DNA from: a virus
Lineage: Duplodnaviria; Caudoviricetes
IMG/VR virus record: IMGVR_UViG_3300032288_001588
Span: 1 to 27,382 of that record
DNA: 27,382 nucleotides
Strand: one strand, 5' to 3'
A program made the translations under genes and the position numbers. The notes beneath the pieces were generated by a model, which worked only from the letters and a program-made list of their open reading frames with translations, searched no databases and was not told the origin of the DNA. The first letter of the stretch is position 1. Each line of letters opens with the position of its first letter. Shown here in pieces: positions 25,616 to 27,382 of this stretch.

Positions 25616-26299
25616 ATGCCAGCACAATCTAAAGCACAGCAACGATTTATGGGTATGGTTCATGCCGTACAAAAGGGTGATATGGAAGCTCCTTCAAAAG
25701 AAGTTGAGAAGGCGGCTGATAGTATGACTAAAAAATCTGCTAAAGATTATGCATCCACATCACATAAAGGTCTACCAAACAAAAAAGAAAGTATGAAAAT
25801 AACTAAAGAAAGACTAAAAGAATTAGTTAAGGAAGTAATGAATGAAGAATCTGAATATCAGGCATTCTTTCAAAAAGCTTTAGATAAAGCAGGTAAAAGT
25901 ATTAATGATATGAGTGATGATGAAAAAAAATCATTTTTTAATAAAATTGATACTGCTTGGAATGGTAAAGGTGAAAAAAACGAAGAATTAACCGGTAACC
26001 AACATAAATTGGATGTAGATGGTGATGGTGATATTGAAGGGGATGATTTAGCAGATTTAAGAGCTAGTAAATCTAATGAAGATATTGCAACTGAATTACC
26101 AAAAGCAACAATACCATCTGCAGTTAAACAAAAATTAGGAATGGCTATTGATAAAATTAAAGATGCTAAACTTAATAATATTCAAAAATTACAATTAGTA
26201 GCACAGGTAGTTGATAGCTTAGGTATTGATAAAACTCAATTAGGTACAATGGCTTCTAAAATTAGAAGCAAAATGGAATCTATTAAAATTAGTAAATAA
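25616..26299 (+). CDS. Hypothetical mosaic head/core protein (227 aa) with EF-hand-like loop
   Basis: MPAQSKAQQRFMGMV N-terminal module; DVDGDGDIEGDD loop; adjacent to the prohead protease. Confidence 0.7.
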   Translation: MPAQSKAQQRFMGMVHAVQKGDMEAPSKEVEKAADSMTKKSAKDYASTSHKGLPNKKESMKITKERLKELVKEVMNEESEYQAFFQKALDKAGKSINDMSDDEKKSFFNKIDTAWNGKGEKNEELTGNQHKLDVDGDGDIEGDDLADLRASKSNEDIATELPKATIPSAVKQKLGMAIDKIKDAKLNNIQKLQLVAQVVDSLGIDKTQLGTMASKIRSKMESIKISK

Positions 26300-26309
26300 G
26301 AATATAAAG

Positions 26310-26906
26310 ATGAAATCATTACTAATAGAAACAAACCTATTTGAAGGTAAGGTAAAAGAAGATGAAGGTGGTAGAACTTTAGTAAAAGGTGTTCTACAAA
26401 GAGCATCTGCTGAAAACCAAAATGGTAGAGTATATCCTAAAGAAATCTTAATGAGAGAGGCTAAGAAATACGAAGTCTTAATCAAAGAACGTAGAGCATT
26501 GGGTGAATTAGACCACCCTGACTCCACTGTAATTAACTTAAAGAACGTATCTCATAACGTAAGAGAAATCCATTGGGAAGGTGATGACCTTTGTGGCACA
26601 GTAGAAATTCTACCAACACCATCTGGTAATATCTTAAAAGAATTATTAAAAGCTGGAATTCTATTAGGCATCTCATCAAGAGGTATGGGTTCAGTAACTA
26701 ATATCGGAGAAGGTAAAGTAAAGGTTCAGGATGACTTTGAATTGATTGGTTGGGATTTTGTATCTAACCCATCTACACATGGAGCATTTATGGTGCCTGT
26801 AAACGAATCTGTTAATAGAGGTTTACAGCAAATAGGAACTGATGTTTGTGGTGATTACTGCAAAGCACAGGATTTAATGAGAGAAATAATAACTGAAATA
26901 GCATAA
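26310..26906 (+). CDS. gp21: Prohead core protease (T4 gp21-like)
   Basis: NQNGRVYP, ALGELDHP, VSH, TPSG, LGISSRGMGS, DFVSNPS. Confidence 0.95.
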   Translation: MKSLLIETNLFEGKVKEDEGGRTLVKGVLQRASAENQNGRVYPKEILMREAKKYEVLIKERRALGELDHPDSTVINLKNVSHNVREIHWEGDDLCGTVEILPTPSGNILKELLKAGILLGISSRGMGSVTNIGEGKVKVQDDFELIGWDFVSNPSTHGAFMVPVNESVNRGLQQIGTDVCGDYCKAQDLMREIITEIA

Positions 26907-26908
26907 TA

Positions 26909-27382
26909 ATGGCAAAGAATTTCGATATATACGATTATGTACACAACAATAAGATAAGCTTAAAAGTTGATGCACCAAAAGGAACAAATGTAGCTAAGGC
27001 TTACAATGATATCCGTAAAACTAACTTGAAAGAAGTAAAGATAGTTAATGGTAAATTCAGCTTAGCTGAAAACTTAGAAGATAGAAAGTTATCTACTGAA
27101 GTTAAAAAACACTTCTTAGAAATAATTTCTACTTACAACACTTTCCAAGACCAAATGAAAAGACAATCTGATATGACTGAGGTTGCAAATACATTAGGTG
27201 CTATTGTTGAGGCTGCAAAAGAAATGACATTGAGAGAGAGTGGTGATTGGTTCGATGCGGTAACTGTAAAAAGAAATATGCAGGAATTGGATAAGATGGG
27301 TAAATCATTCGATAAATTCGCTATGGAAGCAAAAGCAATGGATGAGAGATTACATTCTTTATATGAAGATATGGGTCACATC
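26909..27382 (+). CDS. Hypothetical protein, 3' truncated by window edge (>=158 aa)
   Basis: ATG at 26909, open to the end: MAKNFDIYDYVHNNKISL...GDWFDAVTVKRNMQEL...LYEDMGHI; not in the supplied track. Confidence 0.75.
   Translation, partial: MAKNFDIYDYVHNNKISLKVDAPKGTNVAKAYNDIRKTNLKEVKIVNGKFSLAENLEDRKLSTEVKKHFLEIISTYNTFQDQMKRQSDMTEVANTLGAIVEAAKEMTLRESGDWFDAVTVKRNMQELDKMGKSFDKFAMEAKAMDERLHSLYEDMGHI

Noticed and set aside
353-26527. Minus-strand ORFs of 60-114 aa in the supplied track
   Set aside because: All are antisense shadows lying within or almost entirely over well-supported + strand genes, with atypical composition and no motifs.
1-27382. Stop-codon reassignment as in some large Bacteroidota phages
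   Set aside because: Genes are full length under code 11, and TAG ends genes at natural C-termini (2765, 20237, 21834).
1-27382. tRNA genes and intrinsic terminators
   Set aside because: Intergenic gaps are short (under ~95 nt) and AT-rich; no cloverleaf or GC stem plus U-tract was seen.

Overview
AT-rich, gene-dense segment of a large T4-like tailed dsDNA phage, almost entirely + strand, standard genetic code. The host is probably Bacteroidota, judged from a perfect TTTG-N20-TAnnTTTG promoter and starts lacking Shine-Dalgarno sites. Left to right: a 5'-truncated single-chain Mre11/SbcD-Rad50/SbcC fusion; an unannotated minus-strand ribbon-helix-helix gene; a 2640-aa Ser/Thr/Gly-rich tail fibre/baseplate protein with a C-terminal S74 self-cleaving chaperone; and a four-gene glycosylation operon. 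The operon encodes a GT4-methyltransferase-GT25-like fusion, an Aah/TibC-type protein O-heptosyltransferase, and HldC and HldA heptose-activation enzymes, and is bracketed by two paralogous small coiled-coil genes. Then follow an 1100-aa mosaic nucleotidyltransferase/ligase-like protein and the head module (terminase large subunit, portal, putative core proteins, prohead protease). The most notable feature is an apparently phage-encoded protein O-heptosylation system next to the giant tail protein. All calls come from motif recognition by eye; no database search was run.
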